Part shown: piece by piece, positions 52,551-62,136 of the stretch | Layout: each line of letters starts with the position of its first letter | Numbering within the stretch: the first letter of the stretch is position 1 | IMG/VR virus record: IMGVR_UViG_3300030503_000573 | Coordinates: 1-64,000 of that record | Strand: one strand, 5' to 3' | From: a virus | DNA length: 64,000 bases | Translations under genes and position numbers: made by a program | The notes under the pieces: model-generated | What the model was told of the DNA's origin: nothing | Seen by the model: only the letters and a program-made list of their open reading frames with translations | Databases searched by the model: none

Positions 52551-54926
52551 GTGCCCCAGACCGACACCGCAGCCTCTGTTGCCTTCCTGCTCTGGGCGGC
52601 CCCCGAGGGGCCGTGGAACCTCACGGCCATCAGCCCAGAGACGCGGGACACCGAGACCCGCACATTCACGTCCACGGAGGACGCTGCGGCCTGGGTGTCG
52701 CAGGTCCAGTCGCGCGAGACGAAGTGTGGCAAGGGTTGGAACGTGTACTTCATGGTCAACCCGGCGCGGGCCCCGCTGCGCAAGAAGGCCTCCAAGGAGG
52801 ATGTCGAGGCGCTGGCGTTCCTCCATGTCGACGTGGACCCGCCCAAGGGACAGCCCCTCGGGCCGGCGCGGGCGGCGATACTGGAGCGTCTGGAGGCGTT
52901 CGAGCCGCGCCCGAGCGCGGTCATAGACTCAGGCGGGGGCTACCAGGCCTTCTGGAGGCTGGATGACGCCCTCTACATAGGCGGGTCAGAGGTGCGCTGG
53001 GCCGAGGCCGAGGCGTACAACCAGCAGCTGGAGCTGGTGCTAGGCGGTGACCACTGCTGGAACATCGACCGCATCATGCGGCTGCCCGGCACCGTCAACG
53101 TGCCCGACGCCAAGAAGGCGGCGGCCGGTCGCGAGCCGGCCCTTGCCGCGGTCATCTGGGCCGAGGACACCGTCTACCCGCTCCACACGTTCATGCCGGC
53201 CCCGCGCGTCGCCGCCCAGGAGGGCGGCTCGGCCCCGGTCGGCACCGTCAAGCTGAGTGGCAACCTCAAGCCCGTTACCTTGGAGGAGCTGCCCGAGGGG
53301 GTCACCCCCCGCATGCGGGCGCTGATCCAGCACGGGTACGATCCCGACGACATAACCAAGTACGCCTCACGGTCGGAGGCCACCTGGGCCATCTCGTGCT
53401 CGCTCGTGCGGGCCGGGTGCACAGACGACACCATCGCCTCGGTGCTGCTCGACCGCGAGTTCGGCATCTCGGCCCACTGCTTAGCCCAGAGGCGCTCGGT
53501 CGAGTACGCGGCCCGCCAGATCGCCCGGGCGCGGGAAGAGGTCGAGGAGCCCTGGCTGCGCAAGCTCAACGAGCGCCACGCGGTCATCGCCGACCTCGGC
53601 GGCAAGTGCCGCATCATTTCTGAGGTGAGCGACCCGGTGATGAGGCGGTCGCGGCTGTCCAAGCAGAGCTTCGAGGACTTCCGCAACCGCTACCTGAACC
53701 ACTTCGTCCAGGTTGGGTCTGACGCCAAGGGCAAGCCCATCTTCAAGAGCGCCGGCACCTGGTGGCTAGCCCACCCGCTGAGGCGGCAGTTCGAGAGCCT
53801 CGTGTTCGCCCCCGGCACCGAGGTGGACGGCGCGTACAACCTGTGGCGCGGGTTCGCGTGCGAGGCCGTGCCCGGCCAGCACCACGAGCCCTACCTGGAG
53901 CACCTGCACTCCAACATCTGCGGCGGCCGGGACGACCACTACGAGTACCTGCTGAGCTGGATGGCGCGGGTGGTGCAGAACCCGGCCGAGGCCGGCGAGA
54001 TTTCGATTGTGCTGCGGGGCGGTATGGGGGCCGGCAAGGGCACGGCGGTTCAGGGCTTCGGCCGGCTCTTCGGCCGCCACTTCCTCCACATCAACTCGGC
54101 CCGCCACCTCGTCGGGCAGTTCAACGCCCACCTGAGGGACTGCGTGCTGCTGTTCGCTGACGAGGCCTTCTTCGCCGGCGACAAGCAGCACGAGAGCGTG
54201 CTCAAGACGATGATCACCGAGGACACCCTCGTGGTCGAGGGCAAGGGGGTGGACGCCGAGGTGGGCCCCAACTACATCCACCTGATGATGGCCTCCAACA
54301 AGGAGTGGGTGGTGCCGGCCGGGGCCGACGAGCGCCGCTTCTTCGTGGTCGACGTCGGCGAGGCCCAGAAGCAGAACGCCACCTACTTCGGGAAGATCGC
54401 CCGGGCGATGTCCAACGGCGGGGCCGAGAGCCTGCTCCACTTCCTGATGACCCGAGACCTATCGGGGTACGAGGTGCGGGCCGTGCCACAGACTGAGGCG
54501 CTGCGCGACCAGAAGCTGTACTCCCTCGGGCCGGAGGAGAGCTGGTGGCTTGAGCGTCTGATGGACGGCCGCATCACGGCCGCCTCGCGTGAGTGGCTGA
54601 CGAGCGTCACCAAGGAGCGCCTACAGGGCGACTACGTGCGCCACTGCGAGCAGCTGAGGTCATTCCGCCGGGCGGCACCGACCGCCCTGGGCCGCTTCCT
54701 GAGCCGGGTGATGGGCGAGGGGTGGCCCAGGTCAGTGCAGCGGCTCACCGACGTCGAGAAGACGGGGCCTGACGGCCGCATCGAGGTGGTGCGGGAGCGC
54801 GTGTACTTTTACGACCTGCCGGACCTCGCCGCGTGCCGGGCGAGCTGGGAACGGCTGTACGGGCGGTTCGACTGGCCGGGGGAGGACGACCGGCCGGCGA
54901 GGGCCAATGAAGGAGCACCATTCTGA
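52551..54926 (+). CDS. Primase-helicase (RepB-like primase + SF3/DUF5906 helicase)
   Basis: HVDVD, DSGGGYQAFW, RIMRLPGTVN; GGMGAGKG, FADE, ASN, ERRF. Confidence 0.9.
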   Translation: MPQTDTAASVAFLLWAAPEGPWNLTAISPETRDTETRTFTSTEDAAAWVSQVQSRETKCGKGWNVYFMVNPARAPLRKKASKEDVEALAFLHVDVDPPKGQPLGPARAAILERLEAFEPRPSAVIDSGGGYQAFWRLDDALYIGGSEVRWAEAEAYNQQLELVLGGDHCWNIDRIMRLPGTVNVPDAKKAAAGREPALAAVIWAEDTVYPLHTFMPAPRVAAQEGGSAPVGTVKLSGNLKPVTLEELPEGVTPRMRALIQHGYDPDDITKYASRSEATWAISCSLVRAGCTDDTIASVLLDREFGISAHCLAQRRSVEYAARQIARAREEVEEPWLRKLNERHAVIADLGGKCRIISEVSDPVMRRSRLSKQSFEDFRNRYLNHFVQVGSDAKGKPIFKSAGTWWLAHPLRRQFESLVFAPGTEVDGAYNLWRGFACEAVPGQHHEPYLEHLHSNICGGRDDHYEYLLSWMARVVQNPAEAGEISIVLRGGMGAGKGTAVQGFGRLFGRHFLHINSARHLVGQFNAHLRDCVLLFADEAFFAGDKQHESVLKTMITEDTLVVEGKGVDAEVGPNYIHLMMASNKEWVVPAGADERRFFVVDVGEAQKQNATYFGKIARAMSNGGAESLLHFLMTRDLSGYEVRAVPQTEALRDQKLYSLGPEESWWLERLMDGRITAASREWLTSVTKERLQGDYVRHCEQLRSFRRAAPTALGRFLSRVMGEGWPRSVQRLTDVEKTGPDGRIEVVRERVYFYDLPDLAACRASWERLYGRFDWPGEDDRPARANEGAPF

Positions 54927-55177
54927 TGCGCGCAAAAGATGTCTACTTGAAGATGTACGAGCCCACAAGCTCGTACATAAAGCCCCGGCTCCCGCGCCTG
55001 TTTGTGAAGGTTGAGGGACCCCCTTACTGTGAGGACATCGAGATGGAGTACGCAGCTCCTGACGGCACGACCGAAGACGACCTCGTCAAGCTCGCCCAGA
55101 TGCTTGCCCAGGGTCTCAGCGTTGGGCCACCAGAGCTGTGGCACGCGACGCACCCGCCGATCCGGCACGCAAGATGA
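54926..55177 (+). CDS. Hypothetical protein
   Basis: TGATG-coupled with AAGGAG RBS. Confidence 0.55.
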   Translation: MRAKDVYLKMYEPTSSYIKPRLPRLFVKVEGPPYCEDIEMEYAAPDGTTEDDLVKLAQMLAQGLSVGPPELWHATHPPIRHAR

Positions 55178-55189
55178 ACAAAAGAACGC

Positions 55190-55254
55190 TTGACTTACCA
55201 ACCGGCCACCACTAAGAGTGGAGTTGGGCGCGAGCTGTGCCTGATCATAAGGAG
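55190..55254 (+). promoter_or_regulatory. Conserved sigma70-type promoter P2 + leader hairpin + RBS
   Basis: TTGACT-17-TAAGAG, hairpin 55224-55244, CATAAGGAG. Confidence 0.8.
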
Positions 55255-55264
55255 ACCCGAGCAG

Positions 55265-55882
55265 ATGACCTTCACCCACGGCTTTGTTCGCCATCGTCGC
55301 CCGGCCCCGGTCCGGCGCGACCCCGCCGTGATCGCAGCTGAGAAGGCCGCCGCCGACGCCAAGGCGATGACCTGCCAAATCTGCGGCCGCCGCATCTTCG
55401 CCGAGGCCGGCGTGATCGCCCACCACGGCTACCAGCGCCCCTACGAGGGCGTCCAGACGGCGAGCTGCTACGGGGCCCGCAAGCTGCCGTTTGAGGTCAC
55501 CTGCGACGACCTCCAGAAGGACTACGACCAGGCCCACGCTCAGCGCGACAAGGTCGCCGAGCACCGGGCCAAGGTCGCCGCGAGCAAGGCCCAGGTGGTT
55601 GTCCAGTGGGAAGACTACTGGTTGCCACGGCGCGACCGCCGGACTCACAGCGCCTTCATCACCCCTGAAACCTTCGAGGCGGTTCGCGACGCGAACGCCC
55701 AGGCCTTCCGCCGCAACAGCTGGAACACCTACGAGCGCGCCCAGCAGACGCACCTGGGCAAGCTCGATGCCAGCCTGAACCGCCTCGACGACTACCTCAG
55801 GTGGCAGCGGGGCCGGCTGCTGGCCTGGAAGGCCACGCACCGCGCCGGGACCGCTGGTGAAGCAACCTGGGTGGCGCTCTAG
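55265..55882 (+). CDS. Hypothetical early protein with Zn-finger-like motif
   Basis: TCQICGR...AHHGY...CYG; ATG after conserved RBS. Confidence 0.7.
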   Translation: MTFTHGFVRHRRPAPVRRDPAVIAAEKAAADAKAMTCQICGRRIFAEAGVIAHHGYQRPYEGVQTASCYGARKLPFEVTCDDLQKDYDQAHAQRDKVAEHRAKVAASKAQVVVQWEDYWLPRRDRRTHSAFITPETFEAVRDANAQAFRRNSWNTYERAQQTHLGKLDASLNRLDDYLRWQRGRLLAWKATHRAGTAGEATWVAL

Positions 55883-55916
55883 CGCCACCCACCACAGCAT
55901 AAGGAGACCACGCCAG

Positions 55917-56165
55917 ATGACCCCCGAAGCCGCAGCCCTCTACGAGCCGAAGCTCACCGCCTGGAACACCACCTTCGCCTGCCGCACCGTCTCGGCCCTC
56001 ACCCACGGGGTGGAGGTCGCACGGCGCGCGAAGTGCTGGCTCCGCCGGGCTAACATCCTCGCCCAGGTGAGCCGCGACGGCGTCACCCGGCTGACGATGC
56101 TGGTGCCCGCCGCGATGAGCGACGACCAGGCCATCGAAGCATTCAAGAAGGCACTCGCCCAATGA
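55917..56165 (+). CDS. Hypothetical early protein
   Basis: CATAAGGAG RBS. Confidence 0.65.
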   Translation: MTPEAAALYEPKLTAWNTTFACRTVSALTHGVEVARRAKCWLRRANILAQVSRDGVTRLTMLVPAAMSDDQAIEAFKKALAQ

Positions 56166-56332
56166 CCCCCCGCCACTGGGCCTGGGCGCGACTCGCTGCC
56201 GTGGTGGCAGGTGTCGCCACCGGGTGCTGGCTAGGGGGCTCGCCCCTCGCGGCCAGCGCCGTCGTGCTGCTGGGCGTGCTCGCCCTCGTCGCCCTGGCCT
56301 GCGCGGCCTCAATCAGAAGGAACATGTACTGA
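56162..56332 (+). CDS. Small membrane protein (56 aa)
   Basis: Coupled at both ends; hydrophobic. Confidence 0.5.
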   Translation: MTPRHWAWARLAAVVAGVATGCWLGGSPLAASAVVLLGVLALVALACAASIRRNMY

Positions 56333-57492
56333 TGACCCTCACCGCCACCACCCTCACCGAGGAGCAGCGCTCCATCATCGCCAAGGTAGAGAAGCTCATG
56401 CGGCTCGCCGGCAACAACCCCAACGAGGCCGAGAGCGCCTCGGCGACCGCCCGGGCCATGGAGCTGCTGGCGGCGTACAACCTGGACCTCGGCGTGGTCG
56501 AGCGCGAGGGCGGCGACGGGGGCCGGCGCGGCGAGGAGAAGCTGCTCGGCGGCTTCTACGACTACGAGCGCGACCTGTGGCACCGGGTGGCAGACCTCAA
56601 CTTCTGCCTCTACTGGAACCAGCACACCCGCGTGTGGAAGACGGCTAAGGCCGAGCGCGAGTACGAGCTGGGCATTGCCAACTGGCTGGCCGGCCTGAAG
56701 GCTGAGGACCCCGCGCGGCACGACCGCTACGTCAAGGAGGACGGCTCACTAACCAGCCTGGGCCAGAGAGCCGTGCCCTGGCGCCTCGACGCCCTCCGCC
56801 GCAACGGCAAGAAGCGCGTTCGCCAGCACCGGCTCGTCGGCCGCCAGGTCAACGTGGCCGCGACCCGGGCGATGATGATGTACCTGTCGGGGGCCATCGA
56901 GCGCCTCACCCGCGAGCGGCTGGAGGCCCGCATCACCGGCAACATCGGCTACTGCGACAAGCAGCAGCTCAGCTACCAGCTGTTCTCCCGCTGGGCCACC
57001 TCGTACCGCGAGGGCATCGCAGCCCGCATCGGCGAGAAGCTCTGGGACCGCCGGCAGGCCCAGATCAAGGAGGAGGCGAAGGCGGCTGAGGAGGCCCGCC
57101 GCCGGGCCCAGGAAGCCGGCATGAAGGGGGCGTCCACCGAGACCGGGGTGACGCTGTTCACGCTGCGCCAGAGCGAGCGGGACGCCAACTTCGACGCGCT
57201 GTACGGCGAGGGGTGGAGCGCGAAGCGAGCCGCCGAGGCCGCCGCCCGCGCAGCCGCAGACGCGGCGGCCGAGGCCGAGTACACCGCGTGGGCCGCCGCC
57301 CACCCCGAGGAGGCCCGCAAGAAGGAGGCCGAGCGCGAGAAGGAGGCCCGCAAGCGGTCGGCCCGCTCTTTCCGGGGCGGCAGCTCGGAGAAGGAGCGCG
57401 ACTGGGGTGCCTACCGCGCCGGGTATGCGCGCGGCGAGGAGATCGGCCTCGACCAGCAGGCCGGGTCGACCAAGGTGGCGGGGGTGCTGTGA
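56332..57492 (+). CDS. DUF2786-domain protein
   Basis: IIAKVEKLMRLA..NPNEAE...A..LLAAYNL; C-terminal AYRAGY..G..I.L. Confidence 0.75.
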   Translation: MTLTATTLTEEQRSIIAKVEKLMRLAGNNPNEAESASATARAMELLAAYNLDLGVVEREGGDGGRRGEEKLLGGFYDYERDLWHRVADLNFCLYWNQHTRVWKTAKAEREYELGIANWLAGLKAEDPARHDRYVKEDGSLTSLGQRAVPWRLDALRRNGKKRVRQHRLVGRQVNVAATRAMMMYLSGAIERLTRERLEARITGNIGYCDKQQLSYQLFSRWATSYREGIAARIGEKLWDRRQAQIKEEAKAAEEARRRAQEAGMKGASTETGVTLFTLRQSERDANFDALYGEGWSAKRAAEAAARAAADAAAEAEYTAWAAAHPEEARKKEAEREKEARKRSARSFRGGSSEKERDWGAYRAGYARGEEIGLDQQAGSTKVAGVL

Positions 57493-58418
57493 TGGCCGAC
57501 CACGGCACATACCGCGCCTACGTCGAGCGCCGGTTCCGGCAGTCCACGCTCGACCTCATCGGCAAGATCAACGAGGTGATCGCCGAGTACGAGCCCCAGG
57601 GCTTCTCGCTAACGGTGCGCCAGATGCACTACCAGTTCGTGAGCCGGGGCTGGCTGCCCAACAGCGACAAGACGTACAAGAGCATCCAGGGGGCCATCTC
57701 TGATGGCCGGCTCGCGGGCCTCATCAGCTGGACGGCCATCGAGGACCGGGGCCGCAACCTGATGGGCCTCAACCACGTCTCGGGCCCAGGCGAGGCGGTC
57801 GCCCAGGCGGCCCGCAACTTCCGCCTGGACCTGTGGAGCGACCAGGAGTGGCGGCCCGAGGTGTGGGTGGAGAAGCAGGCGCTGGAGGGCGTCATCGGCT
57901 CGATCTGCAACGAGCTGCGCGTGGACTTCTACGCGTGCAAGGGCTACAACTCACAAAGCATGCAGTGGGAGGCCGGCCAGCGCTTCGCGACCCGGGTGCA
58001 CCGGGGGCAGCGCCCCATCGTGTTCCACCTGGGCGACCACGACCCGTCCGGCCTCGACATGACGCGCGACAACCGCGAGCGGCTGGCGCTGTTCGCCGGG
58101 GTGCCGGTGTACGTCCAGAGGCTGGCGCTGAACCTAGACCAGATTGACCGCTACGACCCGCCGCCGAACTACGCCAAGACGACCGACAGCCGAATCGAGG
58201 ACTACAAGGCGATGATGGACGCGGCCGGCCGGGACCACACCGAGAGCTGGGAACTCGACGCCCTCGACCCCCGCACCATCCGCAACCTGATCAAGGACGC
58301 CGTCGGCCGCCTGCGCGACGAGGCGAAGTGGGAGGCCCGGCTGGCGCAGGAGGTTGCCGACCGCGAGGCGCTGGAGGACGTGATTGACATGATGGGCGGC
58401 GGAGGTGGTGATGGCTGA
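57492..58418 (+). CDS. Topo VI-A/Spo11-like TOPRIM protein (Mini-A / JetD-like)
   Basis: LTVRQMHY, VWVEK, GDHDPSG, WELDAL. Confidence 0.75.
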   Translation: MADHGTYRAYVERRFRQSTLDLIGKINEVIAEYEPQGFSLTVRQMHYQFVSRGWLPNSDKTYKSIQGAISDGRLAGLISWTAIEDRGRNLMGLNHVSGPGEAVAQAARNFRLDLWSDQEWRPEVWVEKQALEGVIGSICNELRVDFYACKGYNSQSMQWEAGQRFATRVHRGQRPIVFHLGDHDPSGLDMTRDNRERLALFAGVPVYVQRLALNLDQIDRYDPPPNYAKTTDSRIEDYKAMMDAAGRDHTESWELDALDPRTIRNLIKDAVGRLRDEAKWEARLAQEVADREALEDVIDMMGGGGGDG

Positions 58419-58653
58419 CCGCATCCCGGTCCGCCGCGTCGGCCTCAAGTACGACCCGGCCGGGGCTCCGCACGTCCACGCCGAGGCCGAGGGCCCAGAC
58501 GGCGAGACCTACCTGTGGGAGCTGCGCGAGCCGCCCGGGGCGCATCCGGAGCTGATCAGGCGGGCGTTCCACGCCGCGTGCCAGGCCGGCTCGATAGACC
58601 CAGAGCGGTGGGTTCGGCGCGAGCGGGTGGCTTCAGGCCAAAACAGCGCTTGA
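58411..58653 (+). CDS. Hypothetical protein
   Basis: GGAGG RBS; overlaps previous stop. Confidence 0.5.
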   Translation: MADRIPVRRVGLKYDPAGAPHVHAEAEGPDGETYLWELREPPGAHPELIRRAFHAACQAGSIDPERWVRRERVASGQNSA

Positions 58654-58714
58654 CTTACCCACTGAGAGCCACTAGCTAGGGGGTGGGCGCGAGCTGTGCT
58701 CACATCATAAGGAG
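58650..58714 (+). promoter_or_regulatory. Conserved sigma70-type promoter P3 + leader hairpin + RBS
   Basis: TTGACT-17-TAGCTA, hairpin 58683-58703, CATAAGGAG. Confidence 0.8.
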
Positions 58715-58723
58715 AACCCGAGA

Positions 58724-60235
58724 ATGACCCCGACAGCCCAGCAGGCCACCTACGTCGAGGCGCTCCTGACGACCTCGAACCACACCGCCCTCATCGCCCG
58801 CGCCGGCTGCGGCAAGACCTCGACAATCCTGCTGGGCGTCCAGGCCATTCTGAAGGCCACGCCCCGCGCGGAGATCGTCGTCGCCGCCTACAACAAGGCC
58901 ATCGCCGACGAGGTCGGTGAGAAGCTCAAGGTGATGGGCCTGACCGACTGGCGCCAGGTCCAGGCGTCCACGATGCACTCGCTGGGCTTCGGCCTGCTGC
59001 GGTTCGCCTTCAAGCCTACCATCGACGACAAGAAGGTGCGCAAGCTGGTGGACCAGCGCAACGATGACATCTCGGCCCAGTACTCCACGCAGATCATCTC
59101 GCTGGTGGGCTACGCCAAGCAGGCCGGCGTCGGCTTCTTCCCGGACAGCCCCATCGGCAACGTCCAGGTCTGGCACGACCTCGCCGATCACTTCGACGTC
59201 AACGGGCTCGACGACACGAGCGAGGCCGACGCGGTGGTGGAGGCGGCCCAGGCGGTCTACCGCGCCTCGCTGGCCCAGACCGACATCATCGACTTCGACG
59301 ACATGATCCTGTTCCCGCTGATCAAGAACATGCGCGTCCGCTTCGGCAAGGACCACATCTTCCTCGACGAGGCGCAGGACGCCTCCCGCGTGCGCCAGGC
59401 GCTCGCCCGCAAGTTCCTCAAGCCCGGCGGCCGGCTCCACGTCGTCGGCGACGACCGCCAGGCGATCTACGGCTTCTCAGGAGCCGACGCCGCCGCGCTC
59501 GACAACCTGGTGCGCGAGATGGGCTGCGCGGTCTACCCGCTGAACGTCACGTGGCGCTGCCCCAAGGCCGTGGTGGCCCTGGCCCAGACCATCGTGCCGG
59601 ACATCGAGGCAGCCCCGAGCGCGCCGGAGGGAGAGGTGTCCAGCGTGAGCGGGAAGGAGGCAATTGACGCCCTCGTCGCCGGCCTCGGCCCGACCGACGC
59701 CGTGCTGTGCCGCAACACCGCGCCCCTCATCGAGCTGGCCTTCCGCCTGATCCGCCAGGGGAAGCCTTGCAAGGTCGAAGGTCGGGCCATAGGCGACGGC
59801 CTCATCAACCTGGCCCAGCGGTGGAAGGTCAAGACCATCGACGCCTTCCTGGGCCGCCTGGAGGCATACCAGGACCGCGAGATGCAGAAGGCGCTAGCGA
59901 AGGGGAGCGAGGCCAAGGCTCAGGAGGTCGAGGACCGCTGTGAGACCCTGCGCACCATTGCCCAGGCCTGTGTTTCAGCCAACAAGACTCAGGTGAGCGA
60001 CATCGTCGCCTACATCAACGAACTCTTTGCCGACGGCGCGACGGGCGTGACGGTGCTGGCCACGGCGCACCGCTCAAAGGGTCGCGAGTGGCCCCGGGTG
60101 GTGCTGTGGGGCAACAACAGGTACGCCCCGAGCCGGGCTGCCAAGCAGGCCTGGCAGCAGTCTCAGGAGCAGAATCTCATCTACGTGATGTTCACGAGGG
60201 CGCAGAGGGAGCTGGTCTTTGTTGACCTTCCCTAG
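58724..60235 (+). CDS. UvrD/REP-family SF1A helicase
   Basis: ARAGCGKT, DEAQD, VGDDRQAIYGF, TAHRSKGREW, YVMFTRA. Confidence 0.92.
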   Translation: MTPTAQQATYVEALLTTSNHTALIARAGCGKTSTILLGVQAILKATPRAEIVVAAYNKAIADEVGEKLKVMGLTDWRQVQASTMHSLGFGLLRFAFKPTIDDKKVRKLVDQRNDDISAQYSTQIISLVGYAKQAGVGFFPDSPIGNVQVWHDLADHFDVNGLDDTSEADAVVEAAQAVYRASLAQTDIIDFDDMILFPLIKNMRVRFGKDHIFLDEAQDASRVRQALARKFLKPGGRLHVVGDDRQAIYGFSGADAAALDNLVREMGCAVYPLNVTWRCPKAVVALAQTIVPDIEAAPSAPEGEVSSVSGKEAIDALVAGLGPTDAVLCRNTAPLIELAFRLIRQGKPCKVEGRAIGDGLINLAQRWKVKTIDAFLGRLEAYQDREMQKALAKGSEAKAQEVEDRCETLRTIAQACVSANKTQVSDIVAYINELFADGATGVTVLATAHRSKGREWPRVVLWGNNRYAPSRAAKQAWQQSQEQNLIYVMFTRAQRELVFVDLP

Positions 60236-60794
60236 GCCCTTTGAGGCCCTCCCTTCTGGCTGCGTCGCCTGCTTCAAGATGCTGCCGCGAGGGGAGCGCG
60301 TTGCCGAGCCGCCGGCGCTCAACTTCGAGAAGTTCGACCTCACCTACGAAGGCGAGCGCTGGCGCGCGAGTCGGCTGTCGTTCTACCTCAACAAACACCC
60401 CATTCCGCGCGCCCCGCCCCGGGGCGGGGACCAGTTCGTGCTCCACACCTGCGACAACGACTGGTGCATCAACCACGACCACCTGTACCTCGGAACGATA
60501 CAGCAGAACACCAAGGACAAGTTCGAGCGCCACCCGACCATCAGGCAGATTCTCTCCAAGAGCGCCAGCTGGAAGGGTCGCTCAGAAGAGTCCAAGGCGG
60601 CGTCTCTGAGCGGCCTGTACGGCCAGCCCGGGAAGCCTTCCTACGAGAGGTCTCAGGAGAGCCGGGCGCGCTCGGCCAACTCCAAGCGAAGAGACTGGAA
60701 CAGCCTCACCCCTGAGAAGCGAGCCGAGCGCGGCCGGAAGATCGCTGAGGGTATACGAAGGGCCCGCGCCAGATACGTCGACGAACCCACTTAA
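60219..60794 (+). CDS. HNH endonuclease
   Basis: RASRLSF, VLHTCDN..CINHDHLYLGT..QN..D. Confidence 0.82.
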   Translation: MLTFPRPFEALPSGCVACFKMLPRGERVAEPPALNFEKFDLTYEGERWRASRLSFYLNKHPIPRAPPRGGDQFVLHTCDNDWCINHDHLYLGTIQQNTKDKFERHPTIRQILSKSASWKGRSEESKAASLSGLYGQPGKPSYERSQESRARSANSKRRDWNSLTPEKRAERGRKIAEGIRRARARYVDEPT

Positions 60795-60811
60795 CAGAAG
60801 GAACCAACGCA

Positions 60812-62059
60812 ATGCCCGACGTCGTCAGCTTCGTGAACCGTGGCCTCGTACCCTGGGAGGCCATCACCACCATGGGCATCTCGGTCAAGGAGGTCGAGAA
60901 CCCCATCGGGTTCTTCGGCACCGGGCTCAAGTACGCCATCGCCTCGCTGCTGCGCACCGGCCAACAGGTGACCATCTGGCGTGGCCTAGAGCGCGCCGAC
61001 TTCTCCGTCCAGGTCGACCTGGTGCGGGGGAAGGAGTTCTCCTTTGTGTGCATGGCGGTCGACGGTGGCGACCCGTGGCGGCTCGGCTTCACGACCCTTC
61101 TGGGCCAGACCTGGGAGCCGTGGATGGTCTTCCGGGAGCTCTACTCCAACATGCTCGACGAGGGCGGTTCGATGCACTGGGGGCGGCCGGAGCCGGCCGA
61201 GGGCCACACAGTCATCACCGTCAGGGGCACCGAGTTCGCTGACGCCGCTACGCGCCGTGACGAGATTTTCCTCCAGAGCACCCCGCTGTTCGCGACCTCC
61301 ATGACGGAGATACACCCGCCCGGGAGGAGCCCCACCGCAGTGTTCTACCGGGGCGTTAAGATTCACAACCTGCAGAACCCAGGGGTGTTCACCTACAACA
61401 TCTTGACCAAGATGGAGCTGACCGAGGACCGCACCTTGAAGTGGGTCTACTATGCTGACAGCTGGATAATGAACACCCTGTCCCAGTGCGAAGACGCTGG
61501 GATACTAGAGGCCGCACTGGTCGGTCGCAACGAGAACCTGGAGGCCAAGAACAACTACACCCCCGCCTCTGTGACCGATGCCTGGGCAGACATCATCATG
61601 GACCTGACCGAGCGCCGGGGCCGGGCCAACGTCGCGGTCTGGGCCGTCGTCGCGGCCGAGTCACACCTCCACCGGGCGGCCCGCGTCAAGGCGGCGCAGC
61701 TGACCGCCCAGGAGAAGGCCATGCTCGCCGACACCCTGGGCTTCCTGCGGTCGGTGGGGGTCGACGTCACGGCCCCGGTCGTCGTCACCGAGAGCCTCGG
61801 GCGCGGGGTCACCGGGCTCGCCGTCAGGGGCACCATCTACCTGAGCCGCATCGCCCTCGTCAACGGACCCGACTACCTGGCGGGCACCATACTGGAGGAG
61901 CACCTCCACCTGACCCACGACTTCGAGGACGAGACACGCCCATTCCAAGACTTCCTGATCAACTTCGTGATCCAGCTGCTGCGCGGGCGGGCGGCCGAGG
62001 TTGCCCTGGCCCAGAAGAAGGAGGTCACGGCCCCAGCCGTCGAGCAGTTCCCCTTCTGA
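60812..62059 (+). CDS. GHKL-like ATPase domain protein
   Basis: IGFFGTGLKYA G-box, FRELYSNMLDE N-box; C-terminal EEHLH. Confidence 0.6.
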   Translation: MPDVVSFVNRGLVPWEAITTMGISVKEVENPIGFFGTGLKYAIASLLRTGQQVTIWRGLERADFSVQVDLVRGKEFSFVCMAVDGGDPWRLGFTTLLGQTWEPWMVFRELYSNMLDEGGSMHWGRPEPAEGHTVITVRGTEFADAATRRDEIFLQSTPLFATSMTEIHPPGRSPTAVFYRGVKIHNLQNPGVFTYNILTKMELTEDRTLKWVYYADSWIMNTLSQCEDAGILEAALVGRNENLEAKNNYTPASVTDAWADIIMDLTERRGRANVAVWAVVAAESHLHRAARVKAAQLTAQEKAMLADTLGFLRSVGVDVTAPVVVTESLGRGVTGLAVRGTIYLSRIALVNGPDYLAGTILEEHLHLTHDFEDETRPFQDFLINFVIQLLRGRAAEVALAQKKEVTAPAVEQFPF

Positions 62060-62136
62060 GCCCCACCGCGCAGGAGGAGGCACCGTAGGGCTGGCCCGCT
62101 GCCACGCAGCTGTAGGTCTGTATGGCGCCGGGGACG

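Noticed and set aside
55190-55264. Longer N-termini in the ORF track (55190, 36487, 22985, 40588, 45246, 25326 etc.)
   Set aside because: They run through promoters or upstream genes; downstream starts have clear RBS or stop-start coupling
57492-58418. Wadjet defence system
   Set aside because: No jetA, jetB or SMC-like jetC nearby
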